Source: Clostridia bacterium
Lineage (GTDB): Bacteria > Bacillota > Clostridia > UBA1381 > UMGS1253
Direction of reading: 5' to 3'
Assembly (NCBI GenBank): GCA_045537695.1
Contig: JAZSQB010000016.1
Coordinates: 3,092 to 67,091 of the forward strand
DNA length: 64,000 nt
The translations under genes and the position numbers were made by a program. The notes under the pieces are model-generated. The model had not been told where the DNA came from, searched no databases, and was given only the letters and a program-made list of their open reading frames with translations. Positions 17,275-27,015 of the stretch are shown here, piece after piece. Every line of letters starts with the position of its first letter. Positions within the stretch are counted from its first letter, which is position 1.

Positions 17275-19203
17275 TTACGCATAAACCTTACTGCCCGCTT
17301 CCGGATTTGCAACGTCTTTTTCAGATACTGTCTCCTCTTTGGTATCCTTAAGCGGCATATTTTTATACGTTGGTACCACTTCTGCCAATTTATCCTTAAT
17401 TTGTTGTGCATCTCCCTGGTAAGCACTTGTTTGCAGGCTATCCAATTGTGCACACAGATTTTTCCAATCCATCGTCATCGGCTTTGCTACAAATATTTTC
17501 TCATTCACAGTAGCACGAAGCCCCTCTTCATTCATCAAAAGCTCTTCATACAACTTCTCACCCGGACGAAGGCCCGTGATAATAATCGGAATATCGCGAC
17601 CGACTTCCAAGCCGGAAAGCTGTATCAAATTCACAGCCAAATCATAAATCTTTACCGGCTGCCCCATATCCAGAATAAAAATCTCTCCACCCTTCGCGTA
17701 AGATGCAGCCTCTAATATCAAACTCACTGCCTCCGGTATGGTCATAAAAAATCTTGTAACTTCTTTATGGGTCAGTGTAATCGGGCTGCGTTCAGCAATC
17801 TGTTTTTTAAACAATGGTACAACGCTACCATTTGAGCCAAGCACATTACCAAAACGCACCGCAACAAATTCTGTCTTGCTTATCGAGCTAATGGACTGAA
17901 TAATCATTTCACATACACGCTTTGTCGCACCCATGACATTGGTCGGATTAACGGCCTTATCTGTAGATACCAGCACAAAACGCTCTGTGCCGTATTTATC
18001 GGCTGCTGTAGCAACATTATACGTGCCCATCACATTATTTTTAATGGCTTCCGACGGGTCATGCTCCATCAGCGGCACATGCTTGTGCGCTGCTGCATGG
18101 AATACGATTTGCGGACGAATCGCTTCAAAAAGCGAATCAATTCTTTCTTTATCGCGTACACTTGCAATCAACACTTCAAACGAAGCATTCGGCATTTTTC
18201 TTATCAAATCCATCTGCAAATCATACGCATTATTTTCATAAATATCTAAAATATATAATTTCTTCGGCGCAAACTTTAAAATCTGACGGCAAAGCTCGCT
18301 TCCAATACTGCCACCGCCACCTGTCACGAGCACAACCTTATCACAAATATAATCCGTAATTTTCTGATTGTCCAATTTTATGCTGTCTCTGGGCAACAAG
18401 TCTTCAATTTGCACATCACGGATGCCCGAGGTCACTTTGCCATAATTCACGATTTCATCTAATGTCGGCAAAACACGCACCTTGCAATTCGTCCGACGGA
18501 TAATATCCAGAATTTCTGCTCTGTTTCGGTGGTCCAGCGACGGGATGGCAAGCAAAACCTCGTCTACGCCATACTTCTCACAAAGCTTAGGTATATCATT
18601 GCGCATACCCAATACTTTAAAGCCACGAATCAGCATTTTCTGCTTATTTAAATCATCGTCAACCAAACCAACAATCGTATAATTGGTTCCGCCGGCAAGC
18701 ACTTCAGAAATAATACGAGTACCGCCTCCGCCCGCGCCGACAATTAAAAGACGAATACCGCCCTGTGTATACTGTGCACTGCATGTATAACCCCTGATAA
18801 TATATTTAAGCGCAACCCTAGCTGCCACAAAAGCAATGACATTAACTAACGCAACCAAAATCTGTACGTCCCATGTGTAGAAAAACGACGAATTGGGCAC
18901 AACAAGGCTTCCGGCAATCAAGGCAAGCATTGCAATACCAATGCCGTAAGCGCAAACAAAATAGTCTCGCATACCGGAAACGCGCCACAAAACACGGTAA
19001 CCGCCAACCAACCTTTGTGCTCCTATATATACAATAGCTGCAATAAACACGGCTAAAAATCTGTAATCCAACCCACTAAATATACTCGTTTGCGCTGTGT
19101 GATGTATAAACAGGAAGTCTATAAAAAGATAAGCAAAAAACACAATGGCACCGTCTATTAGACATAATGCACAACGAAGAAATTGCTTCGTATATGGCCT
19201 CAT
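17275..19203 (-). CDS. Membrane-anchored polysaccharide biosynthesis protein CapD/PglF/WbpM type (NDP-sugar 4,6-dehydratase/epimerase)
   Basis: N-terminal TM segments, then Rossmann motifs LIVGAGGGG and VLVTGGGGSIGSE; 642 aa. Confidence 0.8.
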   Translation of the reverse strand: MRPYTKQFLRCALCLIDGAIVFFAYLFIDFLFIHHTAQTSIFSGLDYRFLAVFIAAIVYIGAQRLVGGYRVLWRVSGMRDYFVCAYGIGIAMLALIAGSLVVPNSSFFYTWDVQILVALVNVIAFVAARVALKYIIRGYTCSAQYTQGGIRLLIVGAGGGGTRIISEVLAGGTNYTIVGLVDDDLNKQKMLIRGFKVLGMRNDIPKLCEKYGVDEVLLAIPSLDHRNRAEILDIIRRTNCKVRVLPTLDEIVNYGKVTSGIRDVQIEDLLPRDSIKLDNQKITDYICDKVVLVTGGGGSIGSELCRQILKFAPKKLYILDIYENNAYDLQMDLIRKMPNASFEVLIASVRDKERIDSLFEAIRPQIVFHAAAHKHVPLMEHDPSEAIKNNVMGTYNVATAADKYGTERFVLVSTDKAVNPTNVMGATKRVCEMIIQSISSISKTEFVAVRFGNVLGSNGSVVPLFKKQIAERSPITLTHKEVTRFFMTIPEAVSLILEAASYAKGGEIFILDMGQPVKIYDLAVNLIQLSGLEVGRDIPIIITGLRPGEKLYEELLMNEEGLRATVNEKIFVAKPMTMDWKNLCAQLDSLQTSAYQGDAQQIKDKLAEVVPTYKNMPLKDTKEETVSEKDVANPEAGSKVYA

Positions 19204-19275
19204 AGCATCTTGCCTCCCTATTTCTTTGCCAATTCACTTTAAAATAATACAGTTTAAGCCTCTGTCTTTTCCTTG

Positions 19276-20136
19276 TCATCCACCTTTTTTGTTGTCCGTT
19301 TGTTCATTTTGTCTGTCTTGCTTTTCTTTTTTCTTTTGTCCTGCGATTGCATTGCATCCTGAGCCATATCCATATTTGTCGGCATAGCCGTAACCATAGC
19401 CGTAACCATAGCCATAACGACCATAATGACCGCCACTGTAGCCTGCGTGTCTCGATACATGCACGTCGTTAATAATCATACCGATGATTCTTGCCTTCGC
19501 AAATTGGAGCGCACCGATAGCAGCCTCAATCATATCGTGCTTGGTATATTTTTCGCGCGCTACCAACACAACACCGTCTGTGTATTTCGATACAACCGAA
19601 ACGTCCGTAACCACGGTAACTGGCGGCATATCGATAAAGACATAATCGTAACGCTCACGCAATTTTTCAATCAACTTCTTCATACTCGGAAAGCCTAAAA
19701 GTTCTGAAGGATTCGGCGGAATATTGCCGGATGGGATAAAGTCAATACCATAGTTTTTTGAAGACTGAATCACTTCATCCAGCTCCTTTAAGCCTACCAG
19801 ACATTCACTTAATCCCTCTTGCGTCTCTATACCGAGACATTCTGAAATTCTCGGCTTTCTCAAATCAGCATCCACAACGACCACGCGTTGTCCTGTCATT
19901 GCAAAAGTAATCGCCACATTGGTACAGGTTATGCTTTTACCCTCTCGCGGCACTGCGCTGGTAAATAAAATAACCCTGCATTGCCCTTCCGTTTCTGCCG
20001 GCAAAGAAAATATAATATTGGTACGAAGCGTACGATACGCTTCTGAAACCGCAAAGGGCGATTGTTCAGAGACAATGCTTTCATTTCTGTTTTTATGCTG
20101 TTGTATGTCTTTTTCTCTGTTAGAAAGCCATCGCAT
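19276..20136 (-). CDS. CpsD/CapB family tyrosine-protein kinase (BY-kinase catalytic subunit)
   Basis: Walker A-like SAVPREGKS, Walker A' VVVVDADLR, and a C-terminal Tyr cluster GYSGGHYGRYGYGYGYGYGYADKYGYGSG. Confidence 0.85.
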   Translation of the reverse strand: MRWLSNREKDIQQHKNRNESIVSEQSPFAVSEAYRTLRTNIIFSLPAETEGQCRVILFTSAVPREGKSITCTNVAITFAMTGQRVVVVDADLRKPRISECLGIETQEGLSECLVGLKELDEVIQSSKNYGIDFIPSGNIPPNPSELLGFPSMKKLIEKLRERYDYVFIDMPPVTVVTDVSVVSKYTDGVVLVAREKYTKHDMIEAAIGALQFAKARIIGMIINDVHVSRHAGYSGGHYGRYGYGYGYGYGYADKYGYGSGCNAIAGQKKKEKQDRQNEQTDNKKGG

Positions 20137-20142
20137 AACCTA

Positions 20143-20850
20143 TCACTCCTCAGAACTATGCGAACCGTGAATCGTCGGCACAACACCGATGACCGGCAAA
20201 TTATACTTAGCAGATATATCATCCGTCTGTTTCAAACGGTTATCCATTAACTCAATAAACAAAACCAACAAAACGCCCAAAATGAATCCGGCAAACAAAC
20301 CAACGATAGCGTGCATAATCGGATTCGTCTTGGCGTATACCGCTTGCGATGCTTCCTCCACCACTTTTATGGCACCGGGCACGTCTGCTACAATTGGTAA
20401 TCTTTTCGATGCAACCTTCAAAACGGCGGCAGCGACATCGTGCGCCGTATACGGATCTGGCGCCGTTACGTCGATCTTAATCAACGGAGAATCCACAGAA
20501 ACCATCGATGCCTTCAGCATCGATGCAATCTCTCTCGGCGTCACATCACTGTTGCACGCCTTTGCAACTTCTCCTAAAACACTATCGTATTCAATAATCT
20601 CAACATAGTCCGTTGCCAAACGTACAGAAGCATTAATAACGCCTATAGGTAAATTATTCAGGTTTTCTTCCAATTCCTCAACCGAAACAGACGTAACATA
20701 CATATTACCTGTCGAGGTATATGTAGGTTCCACCAAATAATAACTGTATGCATAACCGATGCCACCGCCCAAAATGGTGATGGCAATCAATAAATACACC
20801 CATCTGTATGCAATATGTAATAAATCGACTATATTTAGCTTGCTGTTCAC
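20143..20850 (-). CDS. Wzz/CpsC-type chain-length determinant, the BY-kinase transmembrane modulator
   Basis: Two TM segments flank a periplasmic-type domain. It sits directly upstream of the kinase, and the C-terminus ends in the PVIGVVP motif. Confidence 0.75.
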   Translation of the reverse strand: MNSKLNIVDLLHIAYRWVYLLIAITILGGGIGYAYSYYLVEPTYTSTGNMYVTSVSVEELEENLNNLPIGVINASVRLATDYVEIIEYDSVLGEVAKACNSDVTPREIASMLKASMVSVDSPLIKIDVTAPDPYTAHDVAAAVLKVASKRLPIVADVPGAIKVVEEASQAVYAKTNPIMHAIVGLFAGFILGVLLVLFIELMDNRLKQTDDISAKYNLPVIGVVPTIHGSHSSEE

Positions 20851-20976
20851 GCGTCAAGTCTCCCTTTAATCCCGTGTTTCCTATATTTTTCGTTGTATGC
20901 ACAAAAAACACTATTATAACTTATATTATTATAATACAAACTTTTTGTTACGTCAAGTACTTTTTGTTTGACAAAA

Positions 20977-22209
20977 TCATATATCCAATTCCAGCTTTTT
21001 CTGCAACCGACAGCTGCCATACAAACGCGTGTTCCAAGGTTCGCTTTGCGCCGCCTTTACAAAAGACAAGCCCTGCACACACACGCCATCTGCAACGCGT
21101 GTTCCTGCTGTAAAAAATGTATACCTTGTGTCATAATTCCCTTCTGCCAAGGCGGAAATATCCAGTTCCAAAACATAACTGCACACTGCATCCACCTGCA
21201 TATTTTCCGCAATTTCACCCACCATACCCGTTGCCACCGGTCTTTGCTCAGCATCATATACCGTCAGACGCACACCAAGTCCCTGCGCCGGCACTAGATT
21301 TTTCCACACAAGCTCCACGCGCAAAGTATCCTGCAGCACGCTGCTCCCGTTTGGATAATGCGCCGAAACCGGTCGCACAAGCACATCCTTGCGCCGCAAA
21401 ATCATCTTTGGCTGGCTATAGTCTAACTTACCTTCCCTTTTCTCTGTACATAAATACGCCCGAATACCACTTTCCGTATCTCCATCAAACATCAGCTGTC
21501 CATGGGAAAGCACGAGCACGCGATTGCAAATCTGCCGTACCATTGTCATATTATGACTGACATAGAGCACGGTCTTATTCCCTTCGCTTGCCAACTGCAT
21601 AATTTTTTCCAGACACTTTTGTCTGAAATGCGCATCACCGACGGCTAACACCTCATCTAAAATCAAAATATCCGAATCCAAATGCGAAGCCACAGCGAAC
21701 GCCAATTTAACATACATGCCCGAAGAATATCGCTTTACCGGCGTATCGATAAATTCACTGCATTCGGAAAATGCAATGATATCTTCTATTTTCTTATCAA
21801 TTTCCGCGCGCGTCATCCCCAAGATGGCACCGTTTAAATAAATATTCTCCCTGCCGGTCAGCTCCCCATGAAAGCCCGTTCCGATTTCCAGCATGCTCGA
21901 AACGCTACCGCGAATATAAACCGCACCGGCACTCGGCGCAGTAATACGAGAAATAATCTTGAGCAGAGTCGATTTGCCTGCGCCGTTTCTGCCGACAATA
22001 CCGACCACTTCTCCACGCTTGATTTCAAAGTTCAAATTTCGCAACGCTTCAAAAGCATCGCTCTTTTTTCCGCCGAGACGGCTGTTCGGATTCTCGCGTC
22101 CGCGAAGGCGCGCCCAAAGGCTCTGCAAATCACGCGACAATGTTCCGCCGCCGATTTTGCCGCGCGTATATGTTTTATGTAATTTTTCCACACGAATTAC
22201 AGTTTCCAT
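20977..22209 (-). CDS. Polysaccharide/teichoic-acid-type ABC exporter ATPase (Wzt/TagH-like) with a C-terminal substrate-binding-type extension
   Basis: GRNGAGKST Walker A, YSSGMYVKLAFA signature, ILILDEVLAVGD Walker B, and a C-terminal domain of about 170 aa. I prefer the METVIRVEKL start (ATG 22207-22209) because the longer ORF overlaps wzm. Confidence 0.8.
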   Translation of the reverse strand: METVIRVEKLHKTYTRGKIGGGTLSRDLQSLWARLRGRENPNSRLGGKKSDAFEALRNLNFEIKRGEVVGIVGRNGAGKSTLLKIISRITAPSAGAVYIRGSVSSMLEIGTGFHGELTGRENIYLNGAILGMTRAEIDKKIEDIIAFSECSEFIDTPVKRYSSGMYVKLAFAVASHLDSDILILDEVLAVGDAHFRQKCLEKIMQLASEGNKTVLYVSHNMTMVRQICNRVLVLSHGQLMFDGDTESGIRAYLCTEKREGKLDYSQPKMILRRKDVLVRPVSAHYPNGSSVLQDTLRVELVWKNLVPAQGLGVRLTVYDAEQRPVATGMVGEIAENMQVDAVCSYVLELDISALAEGNYDTRYTFFTAGTRVADGVCVQGLSFVKAAQSEPWNTRLYGSCRLQKKLELDI

Positions 22210-22219
22210 ATATTCCGCC

Positions 22220-23059
22220 TCACACAATATCAATAAAGGTACGTTCCGTTCGTCTGAAGAATACAATACCTACCCAAAGCAATAACAAAGTAACAGCAAT
22301 CGAAATCACCATATGTCCCCAGGACAGTGCGCCTACACCCAAAAAGCCATATCGAAAGGCTTCCATAAACGGTGTTACCGGATTAAGCATATATACCCAG
22401 CGGTATGTCTCGCCTACTGCCGAAGCCGGATAAACCACCGGCGTAATATACATCCATGCCTGCAGCAAAAATCCAATCATCACAGAAAAATCTCTATATT
22501 TTGCCGTCAAACTTGTCAAAATCAGTCCGCAGCCCAACGCCAGTACCGCACTTTGCAAAAGCACCACCGGCAAGAGCAGGCACGCCGCATTGATTTGCAC
22601 TGCACCATTTGCCGCATAAACAATAGAGAATACAAGAAAGATAGCAAATTGTACACCAAAAATAACCATTTTTGAAAATACAACCGAAACCGGCACTGTC
22701 AGGCGCTGAAAATACACCTTGCCAAATAAACGCGCATTGTTCCGGAACGTTTCAGAAATTTTTGCAAGACAGGACGAAAAATATGTCCACAAAATACTGC
22801 CTGCCATATAAAACACAAACTGTGGCACGCCATCGGTAGACAGTTTTGCAATACCGCCGAATACAACCGTAAGCACCGTAGAAGTCAAAAGCGCAGACAA
22901 CACGAACCAAAGCGGTCCGAGCACCGTCTGCGTATACAACGTTTTACAATCGCGCACAACAAAAAGCCGTGTCAGCTCCGCTGCCCGTTTCCAAGCCGCA
23001 AAGCCACCGACAGACTTTGTTTTTTTCGGTGTAATCACCGTTGTCCACTGCTGTGCCAT
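22220..23059 (-). CDS. ABC-2 type exporter permease (Wzm/TagG-like)
   Basis: Six TM segments; the size and its position upstream of the ATPase are typical of the family. Confidence 0.75.
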   Translation of the reverse strand: MAQQWTTVITPKKTKSVGGFAAWKRAAELTRLFVVRDCKTLYTQTVLGPLWFVLSALLTSTVLTVVFGGIAKLSTDGVPQFVFYMAGSILWTYFSSCLAKISETFRNNARLFGKVYFQRLTVPVSVVFSKMVIFGVQFAIFLVFSIVYAANGAVQINAACLLLPVVLLQSAVLALGCGLILTSLTAKYRDFSVMIGFLLQAWMYITPVVYPASAVGETYRWVYMLNPVTPFMEAFRYGFLGVGALSWGHMVISIAVTLLLLWVGIVFFRRTERTFIDIV

Positions 23060-23074
23060 GTTCTACCTCCATTT

Positions 23075-23860
23075 TCAATCCAGCATTGCATGCGCAGCAC
23101 GCACAACCGCCGCCGCATCCACCGCTGTATCCGCGGCGTCAATTTTCAAATGCAGTAAATATTCAATATTGCCCTCCGGTCCCTTGACCGGCGAGTAATC
23201 CAGACCGCAAATACCCATACCGTTATCCCGTGCAAAAGAAAGCACGCGTAAAATCACACTTTCGTGCACCGCCGGGTCTGTCACAATACCTTTGTTTTCC
23301 ACCTGATACTTCTCCGCTTCAAACTGCGGCTTAATCAGTGCAACAATATCCGCATCAGCCGAAAGCAACTGCCGTAATACCGGCAATACTAACCCGAGCG
23401 AAATAAACGAAACATCAATGGAGGCAAAGCTCGGGCTACAGCCAAGCATCTCCGGCGTAACAAAACGAATATTCGTACGTTCCATATTTACAACACGTTT
23501 GTCACTGCGTAGCTTCCAAGCCAGTTGTCCGTAGCCGACGTCCACGGAAAACACACGCACCGCGCCGTTTTGCAGCATACAATCCGTAAAACCGCCCGTG
23601 GACGCGCCGATATCCATTGAAATTTTATCCTTTAAGTCCACCCGAAAAACCTGCATCGCTTTTTCAAGCTTCAGTCCACCGCGACTGACGAATTTCAACC
23701 CCTTTTCGCGCACTTCAATCACGTCTTTTTCCCCCAGCATATGACCGGCAGTATCCAGACGCACCTCTTTATTATACACCAAACCGGCAAGCACCAAAGC
23801 CTGCGCCGTTTTCACATCCGCCGCGAAGCCGTGCTCAACCAGATACATATCCAAACGCAT
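23075..23860 (-). CDS. tlyA: TlyA family rRNA 2'-O-methyltransferase
   Basis: It starts MRLDMYLVEHGF (S4 domain) and has the FtsJ-type motif DIGASTGGFTD. The ORF-track start at 23926 overlaps the end of dxs. Confidence 0.85.
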   Translation of the reverse strand: MRLDMYLVEHGFAADVKTAQALVLAGLVYNKEVRLDTAGHMLGEKDVIEVREKGLKFVSRGGLKLEKAMQVFRVDLKDKISMDIGASTGGFTDCMLQNGAVRVFSVDVGYGQLAWKLRSDKRVVNMERTNIRFVTPEMLGCSPSFASIDVSFISLGLVLPVLRQLLSADADIVALIKPQFEAEKYQVENKGIVTDPAVHESVILRVLSFARDNGMGICGLDYSPVKGPEGNIEYLLHLKIDAADTAVDAAAVVRAAHAMLD

Positions 23861-23873
23861 TTTTTTTGCCAAA

Positions 23874-25727
23874 TCAGTTCTTCCCTTCACAAATCCATGC
23901 ACAGATGCCGTCCGCATCCAGACCATAACGCTTATAGATAGATGCTACATCCGCCTGCGGTACAAACGCATCATATCCGCGACTGACAAAAGTAGCCTGC
24001 ACACCATTTTTGAGCAGCTGCGCGCCAATCGCCTCTCCAATACCGCCGGAGACAATACCGTCTTCTACCACCAGGACTCTGCCGGTCTTACGGGCACTTT
24101 CTAAGATGGATTCTATTTCTAACGGCCATACCTGACGCAGTACCAATACATCGGCTGACTTACCGGCAACCGCTGCCGTTTCTGCCGCCCGCATCGCTTC
24201 GCGCGCAAGAACCCCCACTGCAATCACCGTTGCATCTGTGCCCTGAAGCACCCAATCCGTCTTGCCCGGGCAAAAATCGTGCAGCATTTTTGCCTGCATA
24301 TCCCCGCGCGGATAGCGCAAGGCAATCGGTCCGTTCATGTCCCGCACCGCATAACGCAGCATCGCATCCATATCTTCAAAGTTCGCCGGTGCAAGCACCT
24401 GTATGCTCGGTATCTGCCTTAAAAATGCCAAATCAAATATACCCTGATGTGTTTCGCCGTCCGCGCCGACAACGCCGGCACGGTCTACAGCAAGGACTAC
24501 ATGCAAATTTTGCAGTGCTACATCATGAATAATCTGATCATACGCGCGCTGCAAAAACGTGGAGTAAACGGAAACGACCGGAATATCCCCTGAAATCGCC
24601 ATGCCCGCCGCGGATGTAACCGCATGCGCTTCAGCAATACCGACATCGCAAAAACGCTTCGGATACTTTTGTGCAAACTCTCCCATGCCGCTACCGAGCG
24701 TCATCGCCGGGCTGATAGCTACCAAGCGCGGCTCTTCCTCTGCAAGCTGCAGCAGGCTTTCACCAAACGTCGCCGAATAATCCCTCTTCACAGGCTGCAT
24801 ACAAGCCTCACAATTATCCATATCAAATTTCGATACGCCATGGAAATGCTGCGGCGCATTTTCAGCCGGCGTGTATCCTTTTCCTTTTACTGTACACACG
24901 TGCACCAACACCGGACCCTGCGTTTGTTTCGCACGCTTAAGCATCATTTCGAGCTTTGGTAAATTATGCCCGTCCACCGGTCCTAAATACGTAAACCCAA
25001 GCTCGTCAAATATATTTGCCGGCAAAACAACCTTCTTTACCGCATTTTTTACTGCACGCAAACCGGCCGCAATTCCCTTGCCGACTGCATTTTTAGAAAG
25101 GAAGCGTTCCGTTCTGCTCTTTGCATTCAAATAAGATGGCTGTGTGCGGATTTTGGATAAGTATGCCGACATACCGCCGACATTACCTGAGATAGACATC
25201 TGATTATCATTTAAAACCACAATCAGATTACCCTTTTCTCTTCCTGCATCACATAAGGCTTCATAGGCAAGACCGCCCGTCAACGCTCCATCGCCAATCA
25301 GCGCCAGCACGTGATGCTTTTCCTGCGCCAGATCACGCGCACGCGCCATACCGAGCGCCGCCGAAACCGAAGTCGAGCTATGACCGGTATTAAAGCTGTC
25401 GTATTCGCTTTCCTCTGTCTTTGGAAACCCCGCAAGACCACCTTCTTTTCTGAGCGTAGGAAACTGTTCTCTGCGTCCGGTCAATATTTTATGAATATAG
25501 CTTTGATGTCCCACATCAAAAACCAGCTTGTCCTCGGATAAATCAAATACACGATGCAATGCCAACGTCAATTCCACTACGCCGAGGTTGGACGCCAGAT
25601 GTCCGCCCGTTTTGGAAACGGACTCGATTAAAAAGGCCCTGATTTCCGCGGCCAGCTGCTTAAGCTGCCCGGAATTGAGAGCCTTCACATCCGCGGGACC
25701 ATTTATCGTGTCTAAAATTTCGTACAT
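23874..25727 (-). CDS. dxs: 1-deoxy-D-xylulose-5-phosphate synthase
   Basis: 617 aa with GGHLASNLGVVELT, GDGALTGG (TPP binding) and GHSSTS. Confidence 0.95.
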   Translation of the reverse strand: MYEILDTINGPADVKALNSGQLKQLAAEIRAFLIESVSKTGGHLASNLGVVELTLALHRVFDLSEDKLVFDVGHQSYIHKILTGRREQFPTLRKEGGLAGFPKTEESEYDSFNTGHSSTSVSAALGMARARDLAQEKHHVLALIGDGALTGGLAYEALCDAGREKGNLIVVLNDNQMSISGNVGGMSAYLSKIRTQPSYLNAKSRTERFLSKNAVGKGIAAGLRAVKNAVKKVVLPANIFDELGFTYLGPVDGHNLPKLEMMLKRAKQTQGPVLVHVCTVKGKGYTPAENAPQHFHGVSKFDMDNCEACMQPVKRDYSATFGESLLQLAEEEPRLVAISPAMTLGSGMGEFAQKYPKRFCDVGIAEAHAVTSAAGMAISGDIPVVSVYSTFLQRAYDQIIHDVALQNLHVVLAVDRAGVVGADGETHQGIFDLAFLRQIPSIQVLAPANFEDMDAMLRYAVRDMNGPIALRYPRGDMQAKMLHDFCPGKTDWVLQGTDATVIAVGVLAREAMRAAETAAVAGKSADVLVLRQVWPLEIESILESARKTGRVLVVEDGIVSGGIGEAIGAQLLKNGVQATFVSRGYDAFVPQADVASIYKRYGLDADGICAWICEGKN

Positions 25728-25743
25728 AGACTACACTCGTTTC

Positions 25744-26322
25744 TTATCTGCGCCCAAAAGGCGCCGTAACGTAATAAACAATCTTTCCTAAAATAAATAC
25801 AATCGTATTGTTGTTGAGCATCGCAATGCCTTTGCCGGCAGCTTTGCCGCCAATCATCAACGCCGCAACCACACCTGCCAAAAGCAGATTTAACAAATCA
25901 CTGTTCATATGCAGAAGCACCGATAGACTCACAACAATCGCGCCCGTCATCGCACCGGAAACAATACCGGCAATATCACCGATCACGTCATTGCACAGGC
26001 TGGAAAGCTGCTGCGCATTACGAATAATCCAAATGCTTTCCTTGGCGCCCTTGATTCTTCTTGTAGCCATCGCGTGAAACGGCGCCTCACTCGCCGTGGA
26101 AATTGCCATGCCAAGCATATCAAATAAAATGCTCAAAAGCACAATCAAAATCAACACAGCAAACGCCAACACCGTGCCCATTTCCTCTGCACTTGCTGTT
26201 AAAACCGAAAACAGCACACTTAAAACAAATGCAAGTACCGTCACCAAAACGGTCCACTTATGGTTAATTTTCAAATTCTCCGCCGAGCTTTTTACTTTCA
26301 GTCTTCGCCTTTCCCTGTCCAA
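25744..26322 (-). CDS. oapA: Small 4-5 TM membrane protein, candidate OLE-associated protein OapA
   Basis: 192 aa with a TTG start and a GGAG RBS, immediately 3' of the structured ncRNA locus and 5' of dxs-tlyA. This is the published position of OapA. A loose resemblance to DUF21/CNNM TM regions was also noted. Confidence 0.5.
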   Translation of the reverse strand: MDRERRRLKVKSSAENLKINHKWTVLVTVLAFVLSVLFSVLTASAEEMGTVLAFAVLILIVLLSILFDMLGMAISTASEAPFHAMATRRIKGAKESIWIIRNAQQLSSLCNDVIGDIAGIVSGAMTGAIVVSLSVLLHMNSDLLNLLLAGVVAALMIGGKAAGKGIAMLNNNTIVFILGKIVYYVTAPFGRR

Positions 26323-26339
26323 GAAATAATCACTCCATT

Positions 26340-27010
26340 AATTCTTAAAGTTCTATAAAATGCGGCCAGAAAAACGGTGGTAATCTGCAATGTTAATTTT
26401 ACGGCTTAAGGTCAGGTAGGCTTTCCCATGCCACTGCTCTTCCGTCGCCGGAAAAGCGGTTTCCCATTAAAGCAGCATACACATACGTTACCGCATATGC
26501 GACCTGACTACCACTGAGTCCGTACCTCAATCCATTGCAAATCAGCGAAGCAACAGTCTAGGGGATTTCCCCGACAGTCACACCTGAACCTTAGCCTCTT
26601 TTGCAAGTTGCGTTTCAAACAGCGATAACCGCTTTGCATCGGCCAACACAAATCGGTCTGTCCGTTATCCCTGCGCAACCCGCTCAAGGCAGGCTACACT
26701 GCACCCAGCGCAAAAAGCACCGAAATACAGGTTTCATCCTAAGTCGTAGAAGCTTACAGAAGGCTTAAGCCTTTTGCAGCGGCAACCACGAGTTTAGGTC
26801 TCCACGGTAAAGGGGATCGACGCCCGCATGCCATTGCGGATCGCCCCAAAACCTTAACTTCCAGCACCCACCCAGAACTGGGCGTTCCACGCAAGCACCA
26901 GAAACTTCATCGATATGCCCTTCAGCGGATTTTTAGGCCCGCCCTGGGAACAGGTAGATCTGACTAGAATACTGCACCACCGCTTTTTTGGCAGCACTTC
27001 ACACTAATGC
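26340..27010 (-). ncRNA. ole: Large structured ncRNA, candidate OLE (ornate, large, extremophilic) RNA
   Basis: About 660 nt with no ORF of 60 aa or more on either strand. There are many strong local helices and a dedicated promoter. The order ncRNA - small TM protein - dxs - tlyA matches the synteny of OLE. No RNase P or tmRNA signature is present. No covariance-model search was run. Confidence 0.55.
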
Positions 27011-27015
27011 AAGTA

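Noticed and set aside
17235-17453. N-terminal extensions of ORF-track starts (SLH protein to 17453; also tlyA to 23926, wzt to 22266, pyrC to 43268, uxaA to 52023, hflX to 63937, xpt to 44653)
   Set aside because: The extensions overlap the preceding gene or the leader, lack RBSs and precede obvious native N-termini such as signal peptides or conserved family starts. Internal ATGs with good RBSs were chosen instead.
26340-27010. Whether the structured ORF-free region could be RNase P RNA or tmRNA
   Set aside because: Neither strand has the RNase P GAGGAAAGUCC-type core. There is no tRNA-like 3' end (GGUUCGA...CCACCA) and no tag-peptide ORF as in tmRNA. The length (about 660 nt) and the gene context fit OLE better.
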